Shown: piece by piece, positions 1-13,414 of the stretch
Numbering within the stretch: the first letter of the stretch is position 1
Layout of the letters: each line of letters starts with the position of its first letter
Assembly: GCA_951406725.2 (NCBI GenBank)
Contig: OX597819.1
Coordinates: forward strand, 86,552,001 to 86,616,000
DNA from: Octopus vulgaris
Taxonomy: Eukaryota
Reading direction: 5' to 3'
Length of the DNA: 64,000 bases
Made by a program: the position numbers and the translations under genes
Notes under the pieces: generated by a model
The model's database searches: none
The model's input: the letters and a program-made list of their open reading frames with translations, nothing else
Told to the model about the DNA's origin: nothing

Positions 1-3000
1 TTCTAATCAGCCCTGTAAGGGAGATAGATCTTAATATCTATAACGATAACTAGTGAATTATACAGAATATGCAAAAACGAGGCGAGGCTGAAATAGTAAA
101 CAGAGTGGCGACTAGGGGGATCAGAATAATAATAATTAATAGATAATAATAATAAATAGAGATACGGATGAATTAAAGTTCAAAGATTTCTTATCTTGAG
201 ATCACTTCGTTTACGGACAGACTTGGCAAAAGAATTCGGAATCAAGAATGAGGCAGTTTACTAGCTTAAGTATGCATAGCCATGGCGGGTGGTAGGAAGA
301 GAGGAGTCCAGACAGACGACAATGTAAAAAGAGGGGGAGAGAAGGGAAGAGAAAAACCCCACGAAGAATCGGCAGCCAATTTCTAATCAGCCCTGTAAGG
401 GAGATAGATCTTAATATCTATAACGATAACTAGTGAATTATACAGAATATGCAAAAACAAGGCGAGGCTGAAATAGTAAACAGAGTGGCGACTAGGGGGA
501 TCAGAATAATAATAATTAATAGATAATAATAATAAATAGAGATACGGATGAATTAAAGTTCAAAGATTTCTTATCTTGAGATCACTTCGTTTACGGACAG
601 ACTTGGCAAAAGGAATTCGGAATCAAGAATGAGGCAGTTTACTAGCTTAAGTATGCATAGCCATGGCGGGTGGTAGGAAGAGAGGAGTCCAGACAGACGA
701 CAATGTAAAAAGAGGGGGAGAGAAGGGAAGAGAAAAACCCCGCGAAGAATCGGCAGCCAATTTCTAATCAGCCCTGTAAGGGAGATAGATCTTAATATCT
801 ATAACGATAACTAGTGAATTATACAGAATATGCAAAAACGAGGCGAGGCTGAAATAGTAAACAGAGTGGCGACTAGGGGGATCAGAATAATAATAATTAA
901 TAGATAATAATAATAAATAGAGATACGGATGAATTAAAGTTCAAAGATTTCTTATCTTGAGATCACTTCGTTTACGGACAGACTTGGCAAAAGGAATTCG
1001 GAATCAAGAATGAGGCAGTTTACTAGCTTAAGTATGCATAGCCATGGCGGGTGGTAGGAAGAGAGGAGTCCAGACAGACGACAATGTAAAAAGAGGGGAG
1101 AGAAGGGAAGAGAAAAACCCCGCGAAGAATCGGCAGCCAATTTCTAATCAGCCCTGTAAGGGAGATAGATCTTAATATCTATAACGATAACTAGTGAATT
1201 ATACAGAATATGCAAAAACGAGGCGAGGCTGAAATAGTAAACAGAGTGGCGACTAGGGGGATCAGAATAATAATAATTAATAGATAATAATAATAAATAG
1301 AGATACGGATGAATTAAAGTTCAAAGATTTCTTATCTTGAGATCACTTCGTTTACGGACAGACTTGGCAAAAGGAATTCGGAATCAAGAATGAGGCAGTT
1401 TACTAGCTTAAGTATGCATAGCCATGGCGGGTGGTAGGAAGAGAGGAGTCCAGACAGACGACAATGTAAAAAGAGGGGGAGAGAAGGGAAGAGAAAAACC
1501 CCGCGAAGAATCGGCAGCCAATTTCTAATCAGCCCTGTAAGGGAGATAGATCTTAATATCTATAACGATAACTAGTGAATTATACAGAATATGCAAAAAC
1601 GAGGCGAGGCTGAAATAGTAAACAGAGTGGCGACTAGGGGGATCAGAATAATAATAATTAATAGATAATAATAATAAATAGAGATACGGATGAATTAAAG
1701 TTCAAAGATTTCTTATCTTGAGATCACTTCGTTTACGGACAGACTTGGCAAAGGATTCGGAATCAAGAATGAGGCAGTTTACTAGCTTAAGTATGCATAG
1801 CCATGGCGGGTGGTAGGAAGAGAGGAGTCCAGACAGACGACAATGTAAAAAGAGGGGGAGAGAAGGGAAGAGAAAAACCCCGCGAAGAATCGGCAGCCAA
1901 TTTCTAATCAGCCCTGTAAGGGAGATAGATCTTAATATCTATAACGATAACTAGTGAATTATACAGAATATGCAAAAACGAGGCGAGGCTGAAATAGTAA
2001 ACAGAGTGGCGACTAGGGGGATCAGAATAATAATAATTAATAGATAATAATAATAAATAGAGATACGGATGAATTAAAGTTCAAAGATTTCTTATCTTGA
2101 GATCACTTCGTTTACGGACAGACTTGGCAAAAGGAATTCGGAATCAAGAATGAGGCAGTTTACTAGCTTAAGTATGCATAGCCATGGCGGGTGGTAGGAA
2201 GAGAGGAGTCCAGACAGACAACAATGTAAAAAGAGGGGGAGAGAAGGGAAGAGAAAAACCCCGCGAAGAATCGGCAGCCAATTTCTAATCAGCCCTGTAA
2301 GGGAGATAGATCTTAATATCTATAACGATAACTAGTGAATTATACAGAATATGCAAAAACGAGGCGAGGCTGAAATAGTAAACAGAGTGGCGACTAGGGG
2401 GATCAGAATAATAATAATTAATAGATAATAATAATAAATAGAGATACGGATGAATTAAAGTTCAAAGATTTCTTATCTTGAGATCACTTCGTTTACGGAC
2501 AGACTTGGCAAAAGGAATTCGGAATCAAGAATGAGGCAGTTTACTAGCTTAAGTATGCATAGCCATGGCGGGTGGTAGGAAGAGAGGAGTCCAGACAGAC
2601 GACAATGTAAAAAGAGGGGGAGAGAAGGGAAGAGAAAAACCCCGCGAAGAATCGGCAGCCAATTTCTAATCAGCCCTGTAAGGGAGATAGATCTTAATAT
2701 CTATAACGATAACTAGTGAATTATACAGAATATGCAAAAACGAGGCGAGGCTGAAATAGTAAACAGAGTGGCGACTAGGGGGATCAGAATAATAATAATT
2801 AATAGATAATAATAATAAATAGAGATACGGATGAATTAAAGTTCAAAGATTTCTTATCTTGAGATCACTTCGTTTACGGACAGACTTGGCAAAAGGAATT
2901 CGGAATCAAGAATGAGGCAGTTTACTAGCTTAAGTATGCATAGCCATGGCGGGTGGTAGGAAGAGAGGAGTCCAGACAGACGACAATGTAAAAAGAGGGG

Positions 3001-3248
3001 GAGAGAAGGGAAGAGAAAAACCCCGCGAAGAATCGGCAGCCAATTTCTAATCAGCCCTGTAAGGGAGATAGATCTTAATATCTATAACGATAACTAGTGA
3101 ATTATACAGAATATGCAAAAACGAGTCGAGGCTGAAATAGTAAACAGAGTGGCGACTAGGGGGATCAGAATAATAATAATTAATAGATAATAATAATAAA
3201 TAGAGATACGGATGAATTAAAGTTCAAAGATTTCTTATCTTGAGATCA
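1..3248. repeat. Tandem array, ~381-bp unit, ~8.5 copies visible (truncated by window start)
   Basis: Unit starts ttctaatcagccctg at 1, 381, 762, 1142, 1523, 1902, 2283, 2664, 3045; units differ only by isolated SNPs and 1-2 bp indels. Confidence 0.98.
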
Positions 3249-3249
3249 C

Positions 3250-3370
3250 ATTCTCCCTATACATACATTTATATATATATTCTCCTTATACATACATATA
3301 TATATATATTCTCCTTATACATACATATATATATATATTCTCCTTATACATACATATATATATATATACA
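3250..3370. repeat. ~29-bp minisatellite (ttctccttatacatacatatatatatata) x4
   Basis: Directly visible, abutting the 381-bp array. Confidence 0.85.
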
Positions 3371-3623
3371 TCATCATCTTTTAACATCCATCTGCTATGC
3401 TGGCATACATTGGACAATTTGACAGAATCTGATAGTGTGGTTTTCTTATGTTGATCTGGTATAGTTTCTACAGTTGCTTGCTCTTCCTAATTCCAACCAT
3501 TTTACAGAGAATACTGGGTGTTTTTTTTTTCTTTGTGCCAAAAACACCAGTGAGGTCATCATATAGCTCACAAAACCAAGATCCTCTTCAAATGAGTGGG
3601 GCTTACAGTCAAGGGAGGTGGCT

Positions 3624-4811
3624 TTAACTATTTAGCATTTAAACCGGCCCTACCCGGCCAAAATATTCTACCTGCTTAATGTTCAAACTGGCCAGGTCTG
3701 GCCTCTGACACCTACCTTACAACATCATACTAAAAATATACAATCACATGCATAATGGCTAATTCTCTCAAATACTCTGGTGGCCCATTAGAAGTAGAAG
3801 ATAATCTATGCTACATAGGGAACTAAATTAGTAGTGGGGTAGTAGGTTCGGTTAGCATAATAGCTAGAATAAAAATAGGATGGAGGAAATTAAGAGAGCT
3901 TTTATCTCCGTTGGCTATGAAAGGTTTCTCTCTCCAAGTGGAAGGAAAATAGTATGATGCATGTATATGGACAGCAATTCTACATGGTAGTGAGACATGG
4001 GCCCTGAATATAGAGGACATGTGAAGGTTAGAGAGGAATGAGGCTAGTATGCTCCACTGGATGTGTAATGTAAGTGTACATGTTTGACAGTGTGCTAGTG
4101 TATTGAGAGAGTAGTTAGGCATAAGAGAAATGAGATGCAGTGTGCAAGAGAGGAGACTGCAGGGGTTTGGTCATGTGATGTGGATGGATGCCAACAGCTC
4201 CATAAAGAAGTGCCAATCTCTAAAAGTAGATGGAACTCATGGAAGCAGGAACCCAGGAAGATGTGGGATGAAGTATCGAAGGATTACCTCAAGACACTAA
4301 ACCTTTCAGATGAGATGACAAAGGACCATGAAACCTGGTCCCTTGATGTCATCAAGAAGACCAGTACTCCACAGCAGACGTGTTAAGACCATTTGCCCTG
4401 GTGAAGACAATTGGCCTGAAAGAGTCCTGTGCCAGTATCATGTAAAGGTCACTCATGCCTGTAACACGTAAGGTGCACTTGTGCCAGTGTCACAAGAAAG
4501 GCACTTGTGCAGTGCCACATGAAAGCACCCAGCACCCTCTATAAAGTGGTTGAAGTCATAAAGGGCATCCAGCTATAGAAACTATGTCAAATCAGACTGG
4601 AGCTTGGTGCAGCTCTCCAGCTTGCCAGCTCTGGTCACACCGCTCAACCCATGCCAGCATGGAAAACAAATGATGATGATGACCGTCATCACAAAATCTC
4701 AAAGCTACAATACAATACATGATCAAATCAAAACAATACATGATCAAATCAAAACAATGTGAATAAATACACGTTACATTTGACAAAGTAATCTGAATGC
4801 TAAAGGGTTAA
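3624..4811. mobile_element. piggyBac-type MITE split by a 5'-truncated RTE LINE
   Basis: Ends ttaactatttagca / tgctaaagggttaa; halves (~3624-3750 and ~4685-4811) match the intact MITE at 52354-52580 in reverse orientation. Confidence 0.75.
3760..4683 (+). mobile_element. Degenerate RTE-clade LINE 3' part (RT C-terminus + 3' UTR + (GAT)n tail)
   Basis: Broken frames giving ARIKIGWRKLRELL, AILHGSETWALN, EPRKMWDEV; homologous to 44760-46286. Confidence 0.88.
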
Positions 4812-5003
4812 TGCTAGTGGATGTGAGATTTAAGTATTAGTCACCTGCCACAAACTTCCTCCACCTTATTTTTGTTCACCACTATTTACATACCTCTGAT
4901 ATCCATCTCTGCCACTGCACCTCTGGGCAACACTCAAAGATGAAAATAAATAAAAGCCAGTCTAGTTCTACAGTGACACACCATGAAATGATAATGGTGA
5001 TGA

Positions 5004-5227
5004 GCTGGCAGAAACGTTAGTGTGACGGTCGAAATGCTTAGCGATATTTCGTCTGTCGTTACGTTCTGAGTTCGAATTCCGCCCAGGTCGACTTTACCTT
5101 TCATCCTTTCAGGGCTGATTAAATAAGTACCAGTTACGCACTGGGGTCGATGTAATCGACTTAATCCGTTTGTCTGTCCTTGTTTGTCCCCTCTGTGTTT
5201 AGCCCCTTGTGGGCAATAAAAAAAAAA
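5004..5227 (+). mobile_element. tRNA-derived SINE with Meta-like central domain
   Basis: B-box gagttcgaattc; gtcgactttacctttcatcctttcagggctgattaaataagtaccag resembles the Meta domain; A-tail; TSD aatggtgatga at 4993-5003 and 5228-5238. Confidence 0.85.
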
Positions 5228-5599
5228 AATGGTGATGACGACAATGATGATGATGCTTATAATTAGGAAAATGTAAAAATAAAATTTCAAAAAATGAATG
5301 GATGCATAAATATATATATACACGCACAAACACACAGACATGTGTACATGTGTATACATGGGCGTGTATGTGTGAGTGAGTGCACATATCTTTTGTTGAG
5401 GTTCCTTTTATCTTTTACTTGTTTCAGTCCTTAGACTGCAGCCATGTTGGGACACCACCTTGAAGGATTTGTAGTCAAATGAATCGACCCCAGTACTTAT
5501 TTCTTTTTTTTTAAGCCTGGTACTTTATCTATCAGTATCTTCTGCTGAACTGCTAAGTTATAGGAATGTAAACACACCAACACCAGTTGTCAATCCATT

Positions 5600-6330
5600 T
5601 TGGATTAAAACACAAAAAGAATTTATGAGAAAGTCTCATGAGAACTTTTGGTAAAAAAAAAAGAAATCAAAAAAGAGAGAACTCTTAAGCAACAACTTTT
5701 GGGTGATTATCACCCTTGGGTTTAACTTTTGGAAAAAAATTGTGCTGAATGATAAGTTTGTTTATATCATGTTTATCTGCTGGGTATGTGTAATATTCAT
5801 GTGTTTATGTATTGAGGGAGTTCACCATTAAGGCATGTGTCTTCTATGTGTGGAGTTTATATGATGTATATATTTAATGTTCACATTCAGAGGAAAAAAA
5901 AAACCTATCCTGGTAGGATCTGTAGAGTGGGTGGTGGTTCTTTGAAATGTTGGAATGTGAAATATTGCTAGAGCATGCAGAAAGAGAAAGTTTCATCTCT
6001 AATGTTTCAAATGTTATCTTTTGACTGGATGTTGTCTAGCTTTTCAGTAATGCAAAGCTCACATTTGATACTCTGTCACCTGTACTTCCTGGCCTTAGCA
6101 ATAATGCTCCATGTTATCTGGGGGTTGCTTGCTTACTTCTTTCATATTGGATAGGGATGTCACATGTCTTTTATTTTTGTACCCAGAATGATGCCAGATG
6201 CTGTGTGTATCTATCCTTGAACAAGGTGCCCATCATTCTGATGTCTTTATTACTGTTGGAATCCATGACTTTGGTCCAGAACACAAGCACTTTTTCCAGA
6301 CATTTATTATTTAGAAAATAGCTGGTAAAC
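5600..6330 (-). mobile_element. Penelope-like element remnant (GIY-YIG endonuclease C-terminal region)
   Basis: Minus-strand fragments FKDRYTQHLASF...HVTSLS...ITWSIIAKARKY...KCELCITEKL resemble the Penelope EN tail pattern FKxRYxxH...WSI...CxLCLxEK. Confidence 0.65.
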
Positions 6331-7029
6331 TATTCGTGGTATATAATGTCAGACTACTTGCTTGAAAAAAGAACATTACTTTTCGGCATCCCTGATAAAG
6401 TCACAAGTTTACTCTGTTGTAAGCATTAGAACCAGATCTCTAGTTCCCTTCCCATCCACATTCATCCTGCAATGACAGTGACTTGCTTAAGTTCAAACTG
6501 GACATAATGTGCATCAGTCTCACCAGTCTGCAAAGTCATTGACACTGCTTTTTCCTCACCTCTTCTCCTGATAAACTTTAAAAAGAAAACCAATCAATGA
6601 AAGACCTCCTTTTCTTCATCTGCAGCTAAAGAAACAACACAACCCAGTATCATATAGTATGAAATAAACCTGGGAATAAGAAATACAAACATCATTATTG
6701 AAGTAGCGCATTAGAATTTCTATGATTTCATACATAGTCTTAATTATAGTAATAAAGTGATTGTAAAAAAGAGCCTGGTTTTAGAATATTATAACATATA
6801 TCATAAATAACATGAATAGTTGTGACAGTATATTTAAATACAATACATACTGTTCTGGAGCCTTGGGAGATATTTTTGTCTGCTGGCCATCAGTAGTCTC
6901 CACTGCTGATGAAAGCTGCATATCAGAAGGTACAGGTGAGACTTCATTTTCTGCAAATTAGGAAAAAAATATTCAATATTATTACTAGTAATATTATTTC
7001 ACATATGCTTTCTCTAGATCCATAAAGGC

Positions 7030-7270
7030 TCTAGAGAAGGTATATGAATTGAGTGCATAGGGATGCAATGTGGCAGGTGTTGTAGTTGTATGGAGTAGAT
7101 GATCAACTGTTGAGAGCTGTTCAGAGATTTTATGTGCGTTAGGATGAGTGGTGAAATAAGTGAATGGTTTGATGTGATGGTGGGGTTAAGACAGGGTTGT
7201 GTGATGTCTATGTGGCTGTTTAATTTATATATGGATGATGTAGTGAGAGAGGTAAATGCTAGAACCCTAC
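7030..7270 (+). mobile_element. LINE reverse transcriptase fragment (RTE-like)
   Basis: ...SEWFDVMVGLRQGCVMSMWLFNLYMDDVVREVN: RT subdomain 4 QG motif. Confidence 0.8.
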
Positions 7271-8188
7271 TTGGGTGGTACACTTAATCCATTACTACCT
7301 CTCATGTTATCACTCGGCCTTTGGGCATCTTTACAGGAGTTTCCTCTGTTGCAAGCACTTGCATCAGATTTCAGAATTGAGGATAAGTTCCTCTTTTCCC
7401 CATGCCACTTTTAATTATTAATAATATCACTAGGTGCTAAAGATAATCCAGCAGCAACTATTATCATGGAGCTTATAATTTTGACAGATATGGGTTAAAT
7501 AACATCACTAATAGTTAGTATAGCAAAGTGATGAAAAGTAAATATTTTACTTACTTTTGCAACACATGAGAACAAAGATCTCTCAATACAAAATGAAACT
7601 ATTTTTACAATCAAATACAGAAACAAACACAGAAAAAAAATTTTTTTTTTACTGCTTTAGTATATAATTTGAAATTAACATCAATAAAACTGACAATTTT
7701 CATAAAGCAAAATTAGAGAGTAAAAAACATTGAATAAATATTTTTTAAAAACTAAATTAAGATTTTATTCAGATTTCAATAACAAACTGAAAATTGAATA
7801 TAAGAAATAAAACTTTCAATATTTCCTTAAATTTCAGTCTGCATTCAGATAAAATAATAATAATGATGACAAACACTTTTTTAATAAGACATCCTACTTT
7901 GTTCTGCTTTTTAATCTGATATCTTTCACAAATATATTTATCTTTTTTCAAGCAGAAATTTCTCTGATAAAAGAACTGAAAAATAAAATTAACTCAATGG
8001 TCTAATGATTTGTTATGACTTCAATAAATCACTAACTTTCCACTAAGAAGGCTATCTACACTTTTCAAAATGCACTAAGAAATTATGGCTGCTCAAGTAA
8101 CAAATGACAAAACTTATCAATATGAAGTACATTGTTCCACTTTGTAAAGTACTTTAAAAAATAAACAAATAAATGCCCACCTCAAGAA

Positions 8189-8601
8189 CTTTACTCTTTT
8201 ACTCTTTCACTTGTTTCAGTCATTTGACTGTGGCCATGCTGGAGCACCACCTTTAGTCGAGCAAATCGACCCCAGGACTTATTCTTTGTAAGGCTAGTAC
8301 TTATTCTATCGGTCTCTTTTGCCGAACCGCTAAGTTACAGGGACGTAAACACACCAGCATCGGTTGTCAAGCGATGTTGGGAGGACAAACACAGACACAC
8401 AAACATACACACACATACACATATATATACATATATATGACGGGCTTCTTTCAGTTTCCTTCTACCAAATCCACTCACAAGGCTTTGGTCGGCCCGAGGC
8501 TATAGTAGAAGACACTTGCCCAAGGTGCCACGTAGTGGGACTGAACCCTGAACCATGTGGTCGGTAAGTAAGCTACTTACCACACAGCCACTCCTATGCC
8601 T
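8189..8601 (-). mobile_element. Full-length tRNA-derived SINE (most abundant family in the window)
   Basis: Reverse complement of 61221-61614; A-box tggctgtgtgg, B-box ggttcagtcc, internal (TG/TA)n, tail gtaaaagagtaaa. Fragments also at ~5410, 13185, 18235, 18860, 23390, 26235, 37665, 38437, 46322, 51280, 51940. Confidence 0.88.
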
Positions 8602-11599
8602 AACATCTGCATCTACTTACAAAAGTGCAGCAACTCCAAAACTGGATTTCATTGTGGCTTCACCTAATTGTAAGTATTTTATTGAGATGATACAATGAAC
8701 AGTGTTTATGTGTGACACTTATGCATTGAAAAATTTCCTGTATAAAGACATGTTTACGAAATGGTAAACCAGATGTTTTAAAGATGGGAAATGATGGAAT
8801 ATTGAAATGTGAATCTTAGGTGAAGCAATAAAATCAAGAATAGCAGAACATATATGGTGAGAAATTAGAAAACATTCCACAATAGAATACAGTTTATACA
8901 GCAGAAAGAACTATAGAAAAGAGGCAGTGCATATTGGTGCTGAAAGCTCGATAAGTAAGTACGGTCTTAATATCTGAACAAATATGGTTGCTGTAAGTAA
9001 ATACAGAAAAATTATGTGATAACTTGATCTGCTAGAAAAAAGAAAGAACACAATGGATGATGTAGTCCTAAATACTCTTTAAGAGACCGGATGGAGTTCT
9101 AATACCTTTGATTATAGGTTTACTAAATCAATCAAGGATAACTTAGGGCTAAACAGCATACTTAATTGATACAGAAATCATTTTTCCTTTTACATTTACA
9201 TTCGTCATAAAACTTTGTCATTTCAACTGCCCATATCCAGCTGAAATACTCTACATATTTAAGGTTCAAACTGGTCAGATTCAGTCTCTCACACTTACCT
9301 TACAATGTCATTTCAGACATAAACAATCATCACTGAAATCTCAAAGCTCTGAGATGATGTGAGATCAAGTCATTTCTGCTAAACATAATCATAAATACTG
9401 GAAAATCTTTAATGGTACATCGTCTGAGTTGAGATCAATATTTTCGTAATTATACTAATATGGCTTCAGCAAGTAGTGATTCTAACTTTGAAGCATATAT
9501 ACATGTAAACTTATAAAATGTAGAAAGAAAAAAAAAGAAAATAACAGTGATTTGTCTTTGGATGAGTCAGATATGGATGTTTCTGAATTTTCATCCAATG
9601 AAGCAAAGAATTTTCATAGTGGAAGTGAAGTCCTTCAGAAAGTCATTCAAAATAATATGGTAATGTCACAAAAAAAAAGACAACACCAATACATATCCCT
9701 GACTTTACTGAAAATACTTAACTGAATCATTGGTAGCCTACTGTCAAAATTTCAGGATTACATGCAAAAAGTTGTAATTATAAACAAATATTGTTGATAA
9801 CCCTCTTGAACAAGATTAAATCAAAACAATGTGAATACATAAGCATGACACCAGATGGAGTAATGTAATTGCTGGTTGATTATATTTTATATTTATGACC
9901 CTTGAGTCAACATGTTCTTTTAACATTTATATTTATCTTACAAAATTGTAATTTAGTAGATAAAATCATTGGCAGTTCAACATAATCTTTAATAAAGATC
10001 AGAAATTATGAGGTTGACACACAAAGGCAGTTTTCTACCAGCGCATAAAATTTCATAAAATAATTGGAGCACAGATCAGTGTCAAAATCTGGGTTAATTT
10101 CTGGCATCCAGAAATAATCAGTGATTATGACATATCACTAGCTTCAATCCTTGGATTACTCACAATGCTATAAGCCTAAATTTACATCATACTGGTAATA
10201 GAAATGCTCTCTTCAGGGAAGATGATGCCACATGTTAGACTTCAAAATAAACTAATTAATAAATCAATCTGGCTAAATTCTAAGAAACTTGGTTTAAGCT
10301 CTTATGAATCAATTTTAACAAAATTCACAAAATAAGTATACTCGTTGTTTAGAGAGAAGACTTTTTACACTATCACTGTTTTTATTTTATTTGTTTTAAA
10401 ATTTAAAATTTTATTTTTCATTTATTCATTTTTCTTTTGGTCTTTAAGGAAGTTTTTTATCATGGAACATCAAAACTTACCTCTCCTCATGCACACAATC
10501 TTATTTTGTGAAATATATTAATATTTTTTGCCAACATAAAACATAACTAGTTTTCTGAGATTCCAGCAATTTTTATTATTTTTTTTTTCTTTTCTTTGCT
10601 AAATACTGCTTACTTTGCTCATTGGTAGTATTGATTTATTGACTACAAATAATGCAGATAGAATCAGAGGAGATACATCGTGTACTTTCATAGCTGTATG
10701 AATTGACAACAGGAAAATAATTTGTGCTATTAAAAGATACAGAAAGTTCATGTATATGCTTAATAACTCCATATTCTTCCATCTGAATTATAGAATATTA
10801 GCTTGGGAAAACATAAGTTAAATTTGTACTTGGCTGCACCGGAAAGCTTCAGAAAAGGTCAATAAAATCATATGACAAGAAATGTTCCAACAGTCACATG
10901 GAAATCTTCATGCAAAATAAATAAATAAAAAGGAAAATAATTTTATTTACGTTTGGCTTCATACACAGAAAATAGCTAAAGTCCTGATATAAAATGTTAT
11001 TTCAAGCTAATACTATACCTAAGTACAAACCAAAAGTGAGGTATAGAGTATAGAACCTTCTTTCTAGCACCACTGGGACCAGAGGGTTACCAAATAAGTG
11101 AATTTTCTGGAGAACTAATCATCACTTTTTAAATAACCATAGCACTTAATAAAACTCATTAAAACTCTATATATGCACCTGTATCATCATTAATATTCTG
11201 AACGTAAATAAGAGAAATAGGAAGAAATATAAGTATAATTTAAGTGAAGAACAAGTTTTATTAACCTCATAAAACACAGGTAGTGTAAATGCAGCAAGCT
11301 AAAATATTGCACTGTACTTTGAAGGGCAATGATCCATTTTAGATACAGTAGAAATTTTTTTCGTTTAATGACAATTAATTTATACAATTTTTTTTTTAAA
11401 CTTCTCTTCTCATCTGCAGCCTGTATCAATTCTCAAAGTCCTTCTTAAATATTGTAAGATCGCTTTCCAGAGAATGAAATACTTGGTGATAATTCATGTT
11501 CCTCTTCACTGTTTCCCATTTCTGCAACATTTTCTTTGTCTCCTTCCAGATTCTTCAGCCAGGCTCCTGCTGGACTGGAGGTTTTGCTTACCATTTGCA

Positions 11600-12260
11600 G
11601 CTTTTAATTTTCTAAACTAGCAAACTGGAATCCTCAATGAGCTCATCAAGTTGACTTAGAATTTCCTTCTTGATAGCATCCTGTAACTGTTTCACATCAA
11701 AGGCATTGAATTATCTCATTTTGAATGTACTCAATGACATTTCTAGCATTGGTTTTTCCATGGACCTTTGCATTGCAGCCAGTCAGTGTTCTCTCCTCTT
11801 CATAATAGCCCCCATCCCACAAAGTATAAAAGCGCAGGTAGGATGGTGCTATTGAAGAGTCTGGCAAGTATGGCATTATCCAGGTTTGTTTGGGGCACAT
11901 CCTTTATTGAGTTAATGCCTTCCCTTCTGCCCTTATTCTCTTTGAGATTTCAGCATCCATATCTAGGTTCATATTCATTGTGTGACCTAAGTAGATACAC
12001 TCCTTTCCCTCCTCACTTTCATTGCTTCCCACATCTTTTCAGCTTTGTGCTACATCTTGTTTGTTGCTCACCATTGATGCTCATGCCACCTCTCCAGTCA
12101 ATGTCCTTGATGGCCCTTTCTAGATATGCAAAAAAGAATTTTAGAGAGATAGTGTCTCTTTGCTTGAGGCCCTTCTCAACGTACTGGTGGTGATAGCAGA
12201 GCTATACCTGTTGTGCAACCAGCATTTGTAGCTCTAAGCATTTTAATGTATTGTATATGA
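11600..12260 (-). mobile_element. Degenerate RTE-clade RT fragment (second family)
   Basis: Minus strand EKGLKQRDTISLKFFFAYLERAIKDIDWRGGMSINGEQ...ECIYLGHTMNMNLDMDAEISKRIRAE, resembling KGVRQGDTISPKLF / YLG motifs. Confidence 0.75.
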
Positions 12261-13414
12261 GGTAAATGAAAACAAGTGACTTCTAATTTAATTAGCTTTG
12301 ATTTTTTGGTAACCATTTGTTTTCCATTACTTTCAAGATAGTAAAAATATTTCAAACCTTAGATATAAGTAGCAAAACAACTTCCAATTTTCTATTAAAA
12401 GAAAACAAAAACAGAAAAAAAAAATAATTGTATAAATGTTTATACATCTACACCATGATCCTACATGTAGCAAAGATGTAAATGCTACATTATTAGTCTT
12501 AGTCAATCTCAAAGTAAAACCATTTCTGTGATCATGCAGTCACAGTAATTGACATATTAGTATTAACCTCTACATGACAAGGAGCTGTAAAAGGGCTGGT
12601 GTTTATAATTTAATACTGCTTCAATATTAACAATATTAACTACACCGAGTTAATAATAGGGACTGAGCGGAATGTATCTTTTTATCACAGCATTATCATT
12701 TCTAATTAAATTTGTGATGCTTGCTGCAATAACATGTTACCACCAACTTAATTACTGACTACATGGTCATAGCTAAACCAGAAGACACTTGCCCAAGGTA
12801 TCACACAGTGGGACTAAACCCCAAGTTTCTTGACAACACTGTGTGTGCGTGTGTGTATGTCTTCTAGACAAACTTTTCATTAGATTTGTAACATTATGTA
12901 ATTCTACCTCACTCTTCCATAATTTGTTTGGTTTCAACTTCCATTACATAACCCAGAACAGATACTAATGATGAAGTTTCCTTCTACATTCATATACACA
13001 TACACACATACATATGCGCATGCACACGCACACACACACACGCACACATACACACACGTGCACACAGGCACACACACACACACAGTTTTTTAACGATATA
13101 TATGACCAAATCATATAACTAGGTATTTCTCATCATAAGAAGTGATTAAAAATCTCTACTACTACATTTTTATTTCATTACTCTTACTGGTTTTAGTCAT
13201 TGGAATGCAGCCGTACTGGGGCACAGCTTCTGTCAAATAAACTTCAGTTCTTAATTTAAGTTTGTTACTTATTCAAACAGTTTCTCTTTTGCTAAGAGTT
13301 GGGGATGTATATAAACCAACACACCAATACATACTGTTATGCAGTAAAACACATACACACATACCAAGTTCAGTTTCATATGGGAAATTTATTTTCTCAA
13401 ATGCTCCAGAGGAT

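Noticed and set aside
952-1140. 62-aa ORF in the tandem array
   Set aside because: Appears in only one unit because of a 1-bp homopolymer indel; non-ATG start and no recognisable motif.
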